This document shows, piece by piece, positions 40,369-49,743 of a stretch of DNA of 64,000 bases; the first letter of the stretch is position 1, and each line of letters begins with the position of its first letter. Source of the DNA: an uncultured Nitrososphaerota archaeon (GTDB lineage: Archaea > Thermoproteota > Nitrososphaeria > Conexivisphaerales > DTJL01); contig CAWJIE010000004.1 of the NCBI GenBank assembly GCA_963842885.1, positions 288,001 through 352,000 of the forward strand. The letters run 5' to 3'. Under the pieces are notes generated by a model that ran no database searches, was not told where the DNA came from, and was given only the letters and a program-made list of their open reading frames with translations. The translations under genes and the position numbers were made by a program.

Positions 40369-41127
40369 TCAAGAACTCGTCATCTCCGAGCGGTCCGTCT
40401 CCCTGTCAACTTTCGTCATCCATGAGTCATCGCCGACGGCCTTGCTGAGCCGTCGCAATAGGGTTTCGGCATCTTCTTCGTTTGCTATGTCGCAATCATG
40501 AGCGAATTCCTCTTTCAGTTCATCGATGCTGGGCTTGCGTCCTCTTTGTATTGAGGATTCAGGTTTCCGAACGACTGTAGTCAACCACTCAAGCTCACTC
40601 GGGGGTCTCTTGAATGGAATCCTTGACAAGTAGAACGGATAATCAACCTTAACGGGCATGACCTCGGGAAACGCACAATTGTAAATCAGGCGTGCGCCGT
40701 CACTCATTCGGCTTGACAACTTGGTCTTTAGTCTTGTATCAGTGGCGAGTCCGTAGAAGACAACGGTCGCTTCATTAAGATTCGCTTCTGGCAGCCTACC
40801 TCGAAACAAGTCATCCATGTCGCCAAGAACGGATTTGCCACATAGGGATATTGTCGGGTCAATCCTATCCCATTTTTTCAACCTCTCCATACAGACACTA
40901 TGACGTTCCTTGTCTTCTTCAATGCCCACAGCTTTTTTCACCTTGAATTCAGTCAAGGCAACAATTAGCGTCTGTCCCCAGCCTGAGCCAAGGTCGTAGA
41001 ATACATCTCGTTTGTCCAAGTCGGCTAAGCGAAACATGCGTCGGATATCTTGATTGGTGTAGATAATCGGTGGTCCTTTCGAGTCGTCATCCTCAAGGCT
41101 TACGTCATCAATCAGCTTCTTACTCAA
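40369..41127 (-). CDS. SAM-dependent methyltransferase (DOT1-like)
   Basis: DVFYDLGSGWGQ, AVGIE and ATVVF motifs. Confidence 0.8.
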   Translation of the reverse strand: MSKKLIDDVSLEDDDSKGPPIIYTNQDIRRMFRLADLDKRDVFYDLGSGWGQTLIVALTEFKVKKAVGIEEDKERHSVCMERLKKWDRIDPTISLCGKSVLGDMDDLFRGRLPEANLNEATVVFYGLATDTRLKTKLSSRMSDGARLIYNCAFPEVMPVKVDYPFYLSRIPFKRPPSELEWLTTVVRKPESSIQRGRKPSIDELKEEFAHDCDIANEEDAETLLRRLSKAVGDDSWMTKVDRETDRSEMTSS

Positions 41128-42246
41128 TCAAGAGTCTCTCCCGTTCGATTTCTTGCCTGCATTTTGTATGAGTGTCATCCATTTATTCTCTCCCTCTACG
41201 GTTATCCCCGCAACTTCGGCGGGCGTCTTACCGCCAAATGCCCTGTGTGGTTTCACGTAATTGTGGTGGATAGCATAACCGTTTGCGAAATTCCGCGCTG
41301 ACTCGATAGTGCGAAACGATCCGATTACGTGAAGCCTTTTCTTCATTACTCCGTTGAGCCGCTCCACCCTGTTATTTGTCGCTGGACCGACTAGGCCAGG
41401 ACCCTGAATGTGAATCGCAGGGCGCTTCAAGGTTGATCGTAGGGCTACATCATAGGGGGCTGCTCCGTCGGTCACCACCTCTTCGGGTTCTCCCGCTCGC
41501 CTTATCCCCTCTAGGACTATCTTGGTCGCTTCCACCACGTTCCTTCTCTGACTTACTCGGACGGCTATGAGGAAGCGGGTCTTTTCGTCCAGTAGATTCC
41601 AGAACAGAATGTGCCTTCCTTTGAGGTTCACGTAGGTCTCATCAACATTCCACCTTTCGCTGGAAAGGGAGACCTGACCCTCCAAAGCTGCGCTTGCCAG
41701 CACGACGTACTTGCGAATCCAGTTCATCACGGTGACGTGTGACACCTTTAGGTGCCAGACCGAGAGGAGATGGCCCGACACCTCCCTTAGGCTCAGCCCC
41801 CTAAAGTAGAGATCCAGGGCAGAGGCAACCGCTGAACCCTCTGTCTTGGAGTTTGCGAAGGTAGAATCCACGAACCTTGTGCGACACGATTTGCAGTAGT
41901 ATCTCTGGGTTGCTCCTTTCTTGTTGTGCCTGATCCCCCGACGTACCAGTTCTATTCCACCACACCTCGGACACTTCGGAGTCTCGGTCGTTTGGTTATT
42001 CAGGATGGTCGTTACTTGCTCAGTTGCTCTATGATAGAAGACCGCCGCGATGTGCTTGCACCGCTTATGGCTTTGGCGGTAATCAGGACAGGAGCACGCC
42101 CAGTGAGTGCGCCGCCACGAGACTGTATAGACCTCCGCACACGTCTGGGATTTGACTCTATAGCATGATGAGTCGACTCGATGAACGGACTTGAGCAATG
42201 TTAGCCCTCTGACTTCCCGTCTTCCGAGTGTCGCCATACGAATCAC
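41128..42246 (-). CDS. IS6-like DDE transposase with N-terminal SWIM finger and Zn ribbon
   Basis: CSCPD..CKHI, CPRCG..QRYYCKSC, WNVDETY, VTDG, NNRVERLN and TPAE motifs. Confidence 0.88.
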   Translation of the reverse strand: MIRMATLGRREVRGLTLLKSVHRVDSSCYRVKSQTCAEVYTVSWRRTHWACSCPDYRQSHKRCKHIAAVFYHRATEQVTTILNNQTTETPKCPRCGGIELVRRGIRHNKKGATQRYYCKSCRTRFVDSTFANSKTEGSAVASALDLYFRGLSLREVSGHLLSVWHLKVSHVTVMNWIRKYVVLASAALEGQVSLSSERWNVDETYVNLKGRHILFWNLLDEKTRFLIAVRVSQRRNVVEATKIVLEGIRRAGEPEEVVTDGAAPYDVALRSTLKRPAIHIQGPGLVGPATNNRVERLNGVMKKRLHVIGSFRTIESARNFANGYAIHHNYVKPHRAFGGKTPAEVAGITVEGENKWMTLIQNAGKKSNGRDS

Positions 42247-43127
42247 TTCCTTGTTTGATCCTGTGCCGCCCTCAGCTCACTAATCACGAGGGTCGCCGTC
42301 CGCTCAGCCACATAAGGGAGGTTTCTGAAGAACGAGGTGATATCCATGGCGAACTCCGAATCGTTTGCTTTGACCAACTGGCTCGTTGAAACAGATGGTC
42401 TGGTCTTGTTGTAGGCGCACGTTTGATCGGGGCAGGCTCCGCAGTAGTTCCCTGGAACCGTGATTGCTTTGTCGTTCTTCAATCGCTTGGCTTTCTCTAG
42501 AATGGAGCAAATAGAGAAGCGAGCAAACTCCTCCACTTCCAAGGGCCTGAACATTACGACTTGCCCCGTAATCACCCTGATTAGCATCAAAGGAGAGTCA
42601 TCCCAAAGGTAGCGGTCTATCTGTTCCAGAGGCAATCCCAAGCTGGCCTTGATTTCAAGCCTGATCCTCTGCTGACCGTTCTGCAGTATTCGGCAGGGGG
42701 TTCCGCTCTCTATGACGGCATCGTATATCCCGAAGTCCGCCTTCTCTTCTGTTGCAAGTCGCACATTGAGACCTTCCTCTTTTAGGCGGATCTTCAAGTG
42801 GTCGAGTATCTTGAGGGTGGCGTATTCGCTCTTCTCCCTGTAAACCGAATCGAACTTTTTGTATTCCTCTGGGATTTGGTGACACAGTATGAAGGCAATT
42901 CGTCTCTCACAGATGTCCGAAGTTAGGAGTTTCGTCACGCTCGCGATGCGCTGCCTACCCTTGTGAGTCCACCCATATCTGATGCACAGATCGTTGATCG
43001 TTACACGGAGCTGGTCTTTGCGGGCGGCGAATGCTGTGGAAGCTTCCAAGTCAGGCGGCAACGCGGCAGGTCTCTTCCTACGTTCGGGGTCTGTTCCTAG
43101 GTCATCGTCTGGGATTGGAGTCGTCAT
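42243..43127 (-). CDS. PD-(D/E)xK nuclease-like protein, possibly Cas4/AddB-like with an Fe-S staple
   Basis: ICERR near the N-terminus, GIYDAV...LEIKAS core, C-terminal CGACPDQTC. Confidence 0.55.
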   Translation of the reverse strand: MTTPIPDDDLGTDPERRKRPAALPPDLEASTAFAARKDQLRVTINDLCIRYGWTHKGRQRIASVTKLLTSDICERRIAFILCHQIPEEYKKFDSVYREKSEYATLKILDHLKIRLKEEGLNVRLATEEKADFGIYDAVIESGTPCRILQNGQQRIRLEIKASLGLPLEQIDRYLWDDSPLMLIRVITGQVVMFRPLEVEEFARFSICSILEKAKRLKNDKAITVPGNYCGACPDQTCAYNKTRPSVSTSQLVKANDSEFAMDITSFFRNLPYVAERTATLVISELRAAQDQTRK

Positions 43128-43357
43128 TGAAGCTCATCCTCGCCAAGAAAACGTTCAACCGCAAAGACGTGTTCGCACTTGATGCCTCTTTGCAAGAAAT
43201 CGGGGCACTCGCACCACCATTCACCTTTCTGCATCGAGACAGTGTGCCAAGTCGGTCCGCTCTGCGACTTCACTTTGAAGGACTGCGAACGACCTCGAAT
43301 AACAAATCCGATCTGTCTGCAGCCAGCTACGCGTTTCCCATTTTGTGTGTCCATCAT
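43124..43357 (-). CDS. Stand-alone SWIM zinc finger protein
   Basis: VKSQSG...WWCECPDF...CEHVFAV. Confidence 0.8.
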   Translation of the reverse strand: MMDTQNGKRVAGCRQIGFVIRGRSQSFKVKSQSGPTWHTVSMQKGEWWCECPDFLQRGIKCEHVFAVERFLGEDELQ

Positions 43358-43486
43358 ACCTTATCTACCTAATCGACCCATACGACTGGGCACTTTATAA
43401 AGGTATAGGTAGATGCGACCTAATAGGTATGGCGCTACATATCAGTGCATAAGACCTATAAGCCACACAGATAACATTCTGACGGG

Positions 43487-43657
43487 ATGGGCCAGAAATC
43501 AGCGGTTGCGCGTGCGAGCAACAAGTCTCCTTCGGTGCGAACTACAATCCCCGAGAAGATAGCCCAGGAACTGAAGCTTGACCCTGGGGACATCTTAGAC
43601 TGGGAGGTCGTGCAGGAGAAGGGTAGGCTAGTTGCTAAAGTTAAGAAGCTGGAATAG
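43487..43657 (+). CDS. AbrB/MazE/SpoVT-family DNA-binding protein
   Basis: SVRTTIPEKIAQELKLDPGDILDW; 56 aa, below the ORF-track cutoff. Confidence 0.85.
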   Translation: MGQKSAVARASNKSPSVRTTIPEKIAQELKLDPGDILDWEVVQEKGRLVAKVKKLE

Positions 43658-43672
43658 GCCTGCGACGTAGCC

Positions 43673-44320
43673 ATGGTCACGAGTAGCGCTTCTCACGGAC
43701 GGAAGAGACCATCTCTTAAGGTCAATCCAGAGGATGTGTTGCATTACATCGAACACACGCATCCCAACATACTGTCCGACGAACTGGACCACAAATCGGT
43801 CTCAGAAGCCTATCCTTGGGGCAGCGCTCAGTACAACGAAGCCGCATCCGTATTCCATGCCGCCCAGCGATACCACTTGACACCCGAACAGATGGCAAGA
43901 GTCATGGGTGGAGAGCTGACGGTCAAGCTAAAGCCGAAGAAGGATTGGGATAGGATCTTCTCGCGGTTCATAGCAAAGGACAAGGCAGACTGCGCCAAGG
44001 GTGAGAAGCGATTCTATCAATACCGCCTGAGGCGTGGCGATTGGAAGGCCGTCCCGAAGAACGGAGACGATTTCCTGAAATGGGCAAGAAAGAATGGCTG
44101 GGATCTGTGGACAGCCGTCCCCGAACTGGCCAAGCTGACTATGAGCTATCAAATGAAAGAGATATACAAGCCGATGGGAGGACCTCACTTGCTTCCCACG
44201 GCGATGTCTCCAAATGCAAAAGCGTGGGCTTCGAACTATGGCGTCGGTCTCTTGGCGCACATGATGGTTCACTACGGCATCGTCAAGGACGAGCGTAGCT
44301 TCAAGGACTTCGACACTTAG
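43673..44320 (+). CDS. Hypothetical protein
   Basis: 215-aa ATG ORF directly after the AbrB gene; no recognised motif. Confidence 0.65.
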   Translation: MVTSSASHGRKRPSLKVNPEDVLHYIEHTHPNILSDELDHKSVSEAYPWGSAQYNEAASVFHAAQRYHLTPEQMARVMGGELTVKLKPKKDWDRIFSRFIAKDKADCAKGEKRFYQYRLRRGDWKAVPKNGDDFLKWARKNGWDLWTAVPELAKLTMSYQMKEIYKPMGGPHLLPTAMSPNAKAWASNYGVGLLAHMMVHYGIVKDERSFKDFDT

Positions 44321-44370
44321 GCACTCTAACTCGCCTGAAATGGGGTCCCGCAAGCTAGCTGAGAAGGTTC

Positions 44371-44463
44371 GGTCAGTAGAGGAGATGTTCTATAACGGTT
44401 ACGGACAGAAAAGTCAGCCCTATCGGGCCCGTCGGGAATCGCGTCCACCTAGGTCCTCTAACA
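44371..44463 (+). repeat. Long inverted repeat, left arm (contains repeat A1)
   Basis: Matches the reverse complement of 53832-53915, including ACGGTTACGGACAGAAAAGTC and TCCACCTAGGTCCTCTAACA. Confidence 0.92.
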
Positions 44464-44539
44464 AGTTGCGATCGGAGGGCATACGGAAGATGCCGAGTCC
44501 AGAAAGCAGGGAATATAACGGTCTGGCTCATATCATCGC

Positions 44540-45589
44540 GTGATGGCCCAAGGCAGCCCACCTTCGCATGAGGTGTTACCAGCGGGCGATGGCCGCGTCC
44601 GCAAGTGGCTGGGAATTGCAGGGATCTTCCTCGGCATCGCGTGGGCGGCCAGCGATGTCCTTGCGCCCCTCTCGCTGTACTACGGCTACTTCCAGGGGAG
44701 CCTTGCCAGCTACCAGAACGACCTCCAGCCGTTCCTCAGTTTCAACGCGTGGCGGGTATTGACCGCGCCAGCTTCGGCCATGGTGGCGCTGGTAGGGTAC
44801 AGGGTGGCGAAGGGGCGAAGTCCCTCAAGGCCCGTCATCCTCGCCATAGTCCTGCTCTACGGCGGTGGCTTCAGCGTGCATTCGATCCTCACGGCCCTGA
44901 TGACTCCGTTCTTCCTGGGCCCCAACCTCTACCTCCTCCAGGGCGCGTTTCTGGCCGCATGCGGCGCGCTCTTCGTCCTGTACGGCAGGCGGGGCTTCAA
45001 GCTGGCTGGCTTCCTCCTTGCGGAAATGGGGGTCTTTCTCTTCTACATCGGTGGCCTGACCCTTCCGCCAGGCTTTGCAGACTACGGTTGGATGACCGTG
45101 GTCTCGACAGACTTCGCGAAATTCCACATCATCGAGGACCAGTTTCGCCTGTGGGTCTTCTTCACCCAAGACGTGGCACCTGCGTTCCTGGCAGTGGTCG
45201 GCGTCGCACTCGCAGCGGGAGCGATGAGGGCATATGCGTCCCAGAGGGAAGGAGTTGTGCACAAGATCGGAGACTTCCTTCTCTTTGTGTGCGGGTCAGC
45301 CTTCGGCCTCATTCTCATCATCGTCAGTTGCTTCGGTGGCGCCCTGTTCGGCGCCCTGCTGGTCTACTCCATCAACACTCTTGGACTCGGGGCGGCCTCT
45401 CCCTTCGTCCCGATACTCGCGGCTGGGCCGATCGTTTCCGCTGTCCAGGCTGTGGGTGGGGTCTTCGTGATCTTGGCATCCCTTCCCCGACGAAGTGGAA
45501 CTTCGTGGCGGTGGGGGCCTCCACTCGACTGGGCAGCAGGTTCATACGACGGCCAGAGCGGCACGGATAATAACCCAAGTCGCCTATAG
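44540..45589 (+). CDS. Multi-pass membrane protein (cargo)
   Basis: 349-aa hydrophobic ORF with visibly GC-rich codons. Confidence 0.7.
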   Translation: MMAQGSPPSHEVLPAGDGRVRKWLGIAGIFLGIAWAASDVLAPLSLYYGYFQGSLASYQNDLQPFLSFNAWRVLTAPASAMVALVGYRVAKGRSPSRPVILAIVLLYGGGFSVHSILTALMTPFFLGPNLYLLQGAFLAACGALFVLYGRRGFKLAGFLLAEMGVFLFYIGGLTLPPGFADYGWMTVVSTDFAKFHIIEDQFRLWVFFTQDVAPAFLAVVGVALAAGAMRAYASQREGVVHKIGDFLLFVCGSAFGLILIIVSCFGGALFGALLVYSINTLGLGAASPFVPILAAGPIVSAVQAVGGVFVILASLPRRSGTSWRWGPPLDWAAGSYDGQSGTDNNPSRL

Positions 45590-45599
45590 GAAATCTGCA

Positions 45600-46028
45600 A
45601 TGGCGACTCGAAGGAGGGTGGTGGTTGCGGTTGCTTCGACTCTCGTCGCGGTTGTTGTCGCCGTCGCCGTAGGCTTGTGGCTCTGGCTGGGAGCAGGCGG
45701 AGGCGGCGGGACATTCTCGGTGAGTTACTTGGAGGTGACTTCGCACCCGTCTCTTGGCTACAGCGAGGTGGACTTCACCATCTCCAACAGGAACACCGTT
45801 CCGATGGTCAGCTTGGAGGTCGATGTGAATGGCGAGAGCACGGCCCCCCTCACGATAGGCCCAACCGCCAGTTATCCAATTCCACCTGGGCAGACTGTCA
45901 CAGGTCTAAGCTACTCCCCTATCGTCCGCATCGTGCAGGGCCAGACCTACACTGTCGTTATCACGGCGGGGTTCGGCGACGGAACCAACGCGAGCTTCTC
46001 CTGGACCGTTGTGGCGGGAGGGACCTGA
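45600..46028 (+). CDS. Membrane-anchored surface protein, archaeal pilin/Ig-like
   Basis: MATRRR plus a hydrophobic helix, then FTISN and GQTYTVVITA strand patterns. Confidence 0.6.
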   Translation: MATRRRVVVAVASTLVAVVVAVAVGLWLWLGAGGGGGTFSVSYLEVTSHPSLGYSEVDFTISNRNTVPMVSLEVDVNGESTAPLTIGPTASYPIPPGQTVTGLSYSPIVRIVQGQTYTVVITAGFGDGTNASFSWTVVAGGT

Positions 46029-46070
46029 TGACAGCTCTAGCCTTGAGCAACAGGCTCAAGAGGCAGGGCA

Positions 46071-46103
46071 CGTCGGGAATCGCGTCCACCTAGGTCCTCT
46101 GAC
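46071..46103 (+). repeat. Repeat A2
   Basis: CGTCGGGAATCGCGTCCACCTAGGTCCTCT is identical to 44430-44459. Confidence 0.95.
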
Positions 46104-46152
46104 GGCCACAGAGCGACCACTTAAATCGGACAATCGAGCAAACCATCTCCGA

Positions 46153-47388
46153 ATGTCAGAGGACGTCGCGGCAGGAGAACCATCACAAGCACCCACGCCG
46201 AAAAGAAACTGGGGGGTGTGGGGAGTGTGGTTCGGCGTCGCCCTCTTCTTCTCGGTGGTCATTTTCGCGGAGGGCTACCTGGTCAACCTCATCCTGACCA
46301 CTCCAGGCTCCATGCCCGCTCCAATCCCTTTAGGCTATGCCGTGGCGCTCGGGATATGGGGCATCGTTCTGAATCTGGCGCTGATGCCTTTCGTGGGATA
46401 CTTCGTCCAGCAGAGGGTCAAGCCGTTCGACCCTACGGGGATCTTTGCCATGACCCTAGCTGCTGGGCTGCTGGTCGGGATAGTGCCCACGACAATCGGA
46501 CAGGTCTGCACGACCAATGCATCTACCACATGCAGCTACCAATTCGACGTCGGCACCCTCTGGAGTCAATCGTATTATGTAGTGTCCGCCCTCACAGACG
46601 CTCTCAACGTCTCACTAGTCATGCTGGCAGGGGCGTTCCTTTCGCAGTGGCGCCAGGGTGCGATCACGATGGCCAGCCCCGCCCGAAGTAAGCGCATCCT
46701 CCTCGTAGCTTGGCTGGTCATAGGCTTCGTAGCGGTAGGAGCACAGTCGGTCGCCTACGCTTTCGCCATCATCGGCATCAGCAACCCCTATCTGATCGAT
46801 CTTTCGTCGGGTCTTCCATGGTCGTACGGCAGCTTCGCGAGCCTGCTGGCGGGACCACTCCTCGCCTCCTGCCTCGGTTACTTCCTATACTCTAGGCTTC
46901 GTGAAGTCGGCATGAGGCAGCTGTTTTCGATGGTGGCCCTGGGGGGGATGCTGGCCTTCGTCATCACACAGGCGGCATACGGAATAACACTCGCAAGGGT
47001 GCCATCGGTCGTCTTCGGCACCATCGTCACAGGAATCTTCCCCGCGTGGATCGTCCTAGGCGGCTGCCTTCTCTCCATCCTTGAGAAGGGGCGGACACAT
47101 CCAGGCGTTGACGAGGCTGCTTCGCTCGGCCACCAGGATGCTTCAGGGAGGCTGTCGTACCCGACGCTCGCCGTCGGCTTCGCCGTCACGATTGCATTCT
47201 ACGTCCTTGGCGTATTGAGTCAGACCTCTGTGTTCAATACCTCGTATTCATTTAGGCAGGACGTCGGCGCGAGCGCGTTCTATGGTCTCCTTATCGGGCT
47301 TTTCATTGTTTTTTCTGGGTTTGCGCTGCTTCATTCAGAGCATCAAGCGAAGAAGGCCGTAGTCAGTGATGCCACCGACGTTCCTTGA
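46153..47388 (+). CDS. Multi-pass membrane protein (cargo)
   Basis: About 411-aa ORF with many TM segments; TTAAAT upstream. Confidence 0.7.
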   Translation: MSEDVAAGEPSQAPTPKRNWGVWGVWFGVALFFSVVIFAEGYLVNLILTTPGSMPAPIPLGYAVALGIWGIVLNLALMPFVGYFVQQRVKPFDPTGIFAMTLAAGLLVGIVPTTIGQVCTTNASTTCSYQFDVGTLWSQSYYVVSALTDALNVSLVMLAGAFLSQWRQGAITMASPARSKRILLVAWLVIGFVAVGAQSVAYAFAIIGISNPYLIDLSSGLPWSYGSFASLLAGPLLASCLGYFLYSRLREVGMRQLFSMVALGGMLAFVITQAAYGITLARVPSVVFGTIVTGIFPAWIVLGGCLLSILEKGRTHPGVDEAASLGHQDASGRLSYPTLAVGFAVTIAFYVLGVLSQTSVFNTSYSFRQDVGASAFYGLLIGLFIVFSGFALLHSEHQAKKAVVSDATDVP

Positions 47389-47460
47389 CCTTCTCTTCCA
47401 TGTCGCCTGTATTTGGATTGGATGCATATGCCCCCAGACCCTTTGCATGACGACTCTCCC

Positions 47461-47493
47461 TCGCGGGCTTGGACCTGCGAATGGGCTGGCTCG
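47461..47493 (+). repeat. Repeat B1
   Basis: TCGCGGGCTTGGACCTGCGAATGGGCTGG. Confidence 0.9.
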
Positions 47494-47629
47494 GTTTCAA
47501 GTTTGCCCAACCTGTAGTTTAGGCAAACAAAGGAAGCCCTTTCGTGGGTGGTCTTGAAGTCTGCTCCTTAGGGAAACCAAGTCTTGTTAAAGTTCTGCTG
47601 GAATCGGTTTTAGGCTGTGGTTTTCCTAG

Positions 47630-47715
47630 GTGGGCATGGACCTGCGAATGGGCTGCTCGTTCGTCTTTGTGTTATTGAAAACAATAGGTTAATTGAACAA
47701 GGGCGAGGCACCTTA
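47630..47715 (+). repeat. Repeat B2, extended ~85-bp direct repeat shared with 48206-48294
   Basis: GGGCATGGACCTGCGAATGGGCTG...TCTTTGTG.TATTGAAA...TAGGTTAATTGAAC. Confidence 0.9.
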
Positions 47716-48243
47716 CGGCCAGACTGCCTGACAAAGGTAACTGTTCCCAGCTGCTGTTATTACTGCGATGTCATAGCTCTGTCCCGAACTGACGTTCAGG
47801 GTCGACCTCCCAATCAATAGCTCTCCTTCGGTCCCAGATGCCAGCATGAAAGCGCCCGCTGAGGTCTTATTGAAACTCCCTTCAGGGGTTATGCTGCTCA
47901 GCGGGACCGACGCGTTGTTAAACAAGACCTGGGTAACGGTCGCTGAATAAGGACAATTGTTGAAAGTGGTGATGATGAGGGTGCTGTTCGAAGCGTCCGT
48001 CGATGTGGCGAGAACGAGTTTTTCCGTGTGTTCAGGGGGTATGTAGAGACCAGACCCAAAAGACGCTATAAGTCCGAAGAAGGCCACGAACCCCACCAAG
48101 AAGATGGCTATGACAATGTACCCCTTTTTGCCTGAACTATTTTGGGCCGTACAGGAGACTGAGGTATTGCGAAGATATGAATGCTGTGGCACAGGCGCTG
48201 AGAACGTGGGCTCGGACCTGCGAAATGGGCTGATCTCGTTCAT
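47713..48243 (-). CDS. Archaeal pilin-like surface protein (true start probably downstream of 48243)
   Basis: KKG|YIVIAIF class III-like signal, hydrophobic helix, GQSYDIAVITAAGN. Confidence 0.55.
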   Translation of the reverse strand: MNEISPFRRSEPTFSAPVPQHSYLRNTSVSCTAQNSSGKKGYIVIAIFLVGFVAFFGLIASFGSGLYIPPEHTEKLVLATSTDASNSTLIITTFNNCPYSATVTQVLFNNASVPLSSITPEGSFNKTSAGAFMLASGTEGELLIGRSTLNVSSGQSYDIAVITAAGNSYLCQAVWP

Positions 48244-48305
48244 CTTTGTGCTATTGAAATCAGTAGGTTAATTGAACGATAGGGGAGGCAACTTAGGTCC
48301 CCGAC
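48206..48305 (+). repeat. Repeat B3 with extension, ending in a degenerate A-like half site
   Basis: GTGGGCTCGGACCTGCGAAATGGGCTG...ACTTAGGTCCCCGAC. Confidence 0.85.
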
Positions 48306-48368
48306 ATTTGGCAGGCCAGAGTTCAACGTAGATGATTCAATCTGCTGGACGCTGCCAGTTGCAGGAGA

Positions 48369-49151
48369 CTAGCCTGATTGCCTCGGCAAGAGAACACGAA
48401 TCAAGTTCATGACGGCAAAGACGACCGCCGCCCAGAATGCAATATCTACCGACAGTCCTAACACGTCAATGGAAAACCACGGCTGAGACTGGAGAGGTCC
48501 AAAGGAGTAGAACTGATGGGCCCAAGCAAATGGCCACCCGACATCCATGTGGGAGAAGGTCCAGCTCCCAATTGCTGAAATGAATGTGAGAGCAAAACCA
48601 GCCGAAATGCTGGAAATGACCGAGGCGCCCCTTTCCGATGCGAAAGCCATCGTGATTGAGGCCAGCCCGACCACGACTCCGATGATGGCGAGGATGGGAA
48701 GACTGTAAGGAAACAGAGGACAGAATGCTGCACCACTTGAGCCGCAGTACGTCGTGCCTACGGTTGCAGGTGGCAACGTGGCTACATCGGCTACGATGCA
48801 AAGGATTCCGACGGCAATGCAGGTGTTCCTCAGCGTCTTGTGGACCTTGGTGTCAGTGGTATCCTTCGTCGCCGCCACCTTCACCATCTTCACGAAGGCC
48901 AGAGCCTCCTTCCCGTCGTCCGTCAGGAAATAGGCCCCGTCCGAACCGCTCCTGACCAAGCCGCCCAGCTTGCTCAAGTGGAATTGAAGGTGCCCACTAC
49001 TCTCAAGCCCTACCCTTCGCCTCAGTTCCGAGAAGCCAAGCGGGCCGTCTTCGAGAACGTGAAGTATCCTGATCCTGATTGGGTGGCCAAGGGCATCAAA
49101 GAGTTCCGCCTTTGACTTGTCGAAGTCAGTGTTGTCAGGCTCGTCAGGCAT
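48369..49151 (-). CDS. ArsR-type wHTH regulator fused to a membrane domain
   Basis: LFDALGHPIRIRIL, FSELRR, LQFHLSKL and YFLTDDG, then about four TM helices. Confidence 0.85.
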   Translation of the reverse strand: MPDEPDNTDFDKSKAELFDALGHPIRIRILHVLEDGPLGFSELRRRVGLESSGHLQFHLSKLGGLVRSGSDGAYFLTDDGKEALAFVKMVKVAATKDTTDTKVHKTLRNTCIAVGILCIVADVATLPPATVGTTYCGSSGAAFCPLFPYSLPILAIIGVVVGLASITMAFASERGASVISSISAGFALTFISAIGSWTFSHMDVGWPFAWAHQFYSFGPLQSQPWFSIDVLGLSVDIAFWAAVVFAVMNLIRVLLPRQSG

Positions 49152-49254
49152 AGCTTACGGTAAGTTGACTCGGAGATATAATGCCACGTTTATGGACAGG
49201 GAGGCGGTCATTCCCTCCCAGTCGGTCTACGAAACTGGCATGGCTACTCTAGGT

Positions 49255-49275
49255 CGTGGGCTTGGACCTGCGAGG
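49255..49275 (+). repeat. Repeat B4
   Basis: CGTGGGCTTGGACCTGCGAGG. Confidence 0.88.
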
Positions 49276-49742
49276 ACTCTATATAGAGCGCGTCTGCCCA
49301 TGCCTCCTATTGAAGTTCAGAGAAGGCAGCTTAATATCGGCCGCGCTCCCTTCGAGCATCAGTCTCGTCCTTGTGGGCGTCACTGACCGCAGCGAACTAT
49401 TTCCCCGAGATCGTCTCATTTCTAGTCCTGTTCACGATGGCGCTGTACTACGTCTACAGGACGGCGATACTCACCGCACTCGGAGACCGCCGCCCCTCCA
49501 GCACGACGGTGCTGCTTCTCGGGGGGCGCCCGATACGCCTGGCGGCGCTCGTCGAGCCTGTTCTAGTCGTGGCTGGAAGCCTCTTGGTGTCTTACCTTGT
49601 GATATATCTCATCACCGCAGGCTTCTTTCTGGGATACCAACTCATCATTGCGGGCTTGGGGACGATGGCCCTGGGGCTCGTCCTAGTTGCCATTACCAAG
49701 CTGCGAAGGCACGCTTGGCTTGAAAGCGATCGACGAACATAG
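49276..49742 (+). pseudogene. Membrane protein fragment, apparently 5'-truncated and frameshifted
   Basis: Hydrophobic coding sequence switches frame near 49385; bounded by B4 and A3. Confidence 0.5.
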
Positions 49743-49743
49743 G

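Noticed and set aside
40362-40373. IS6-type terminal inverted repeat GGTGCTGTCAAG
   Set aside because: No convincing partner found near the transposase genes
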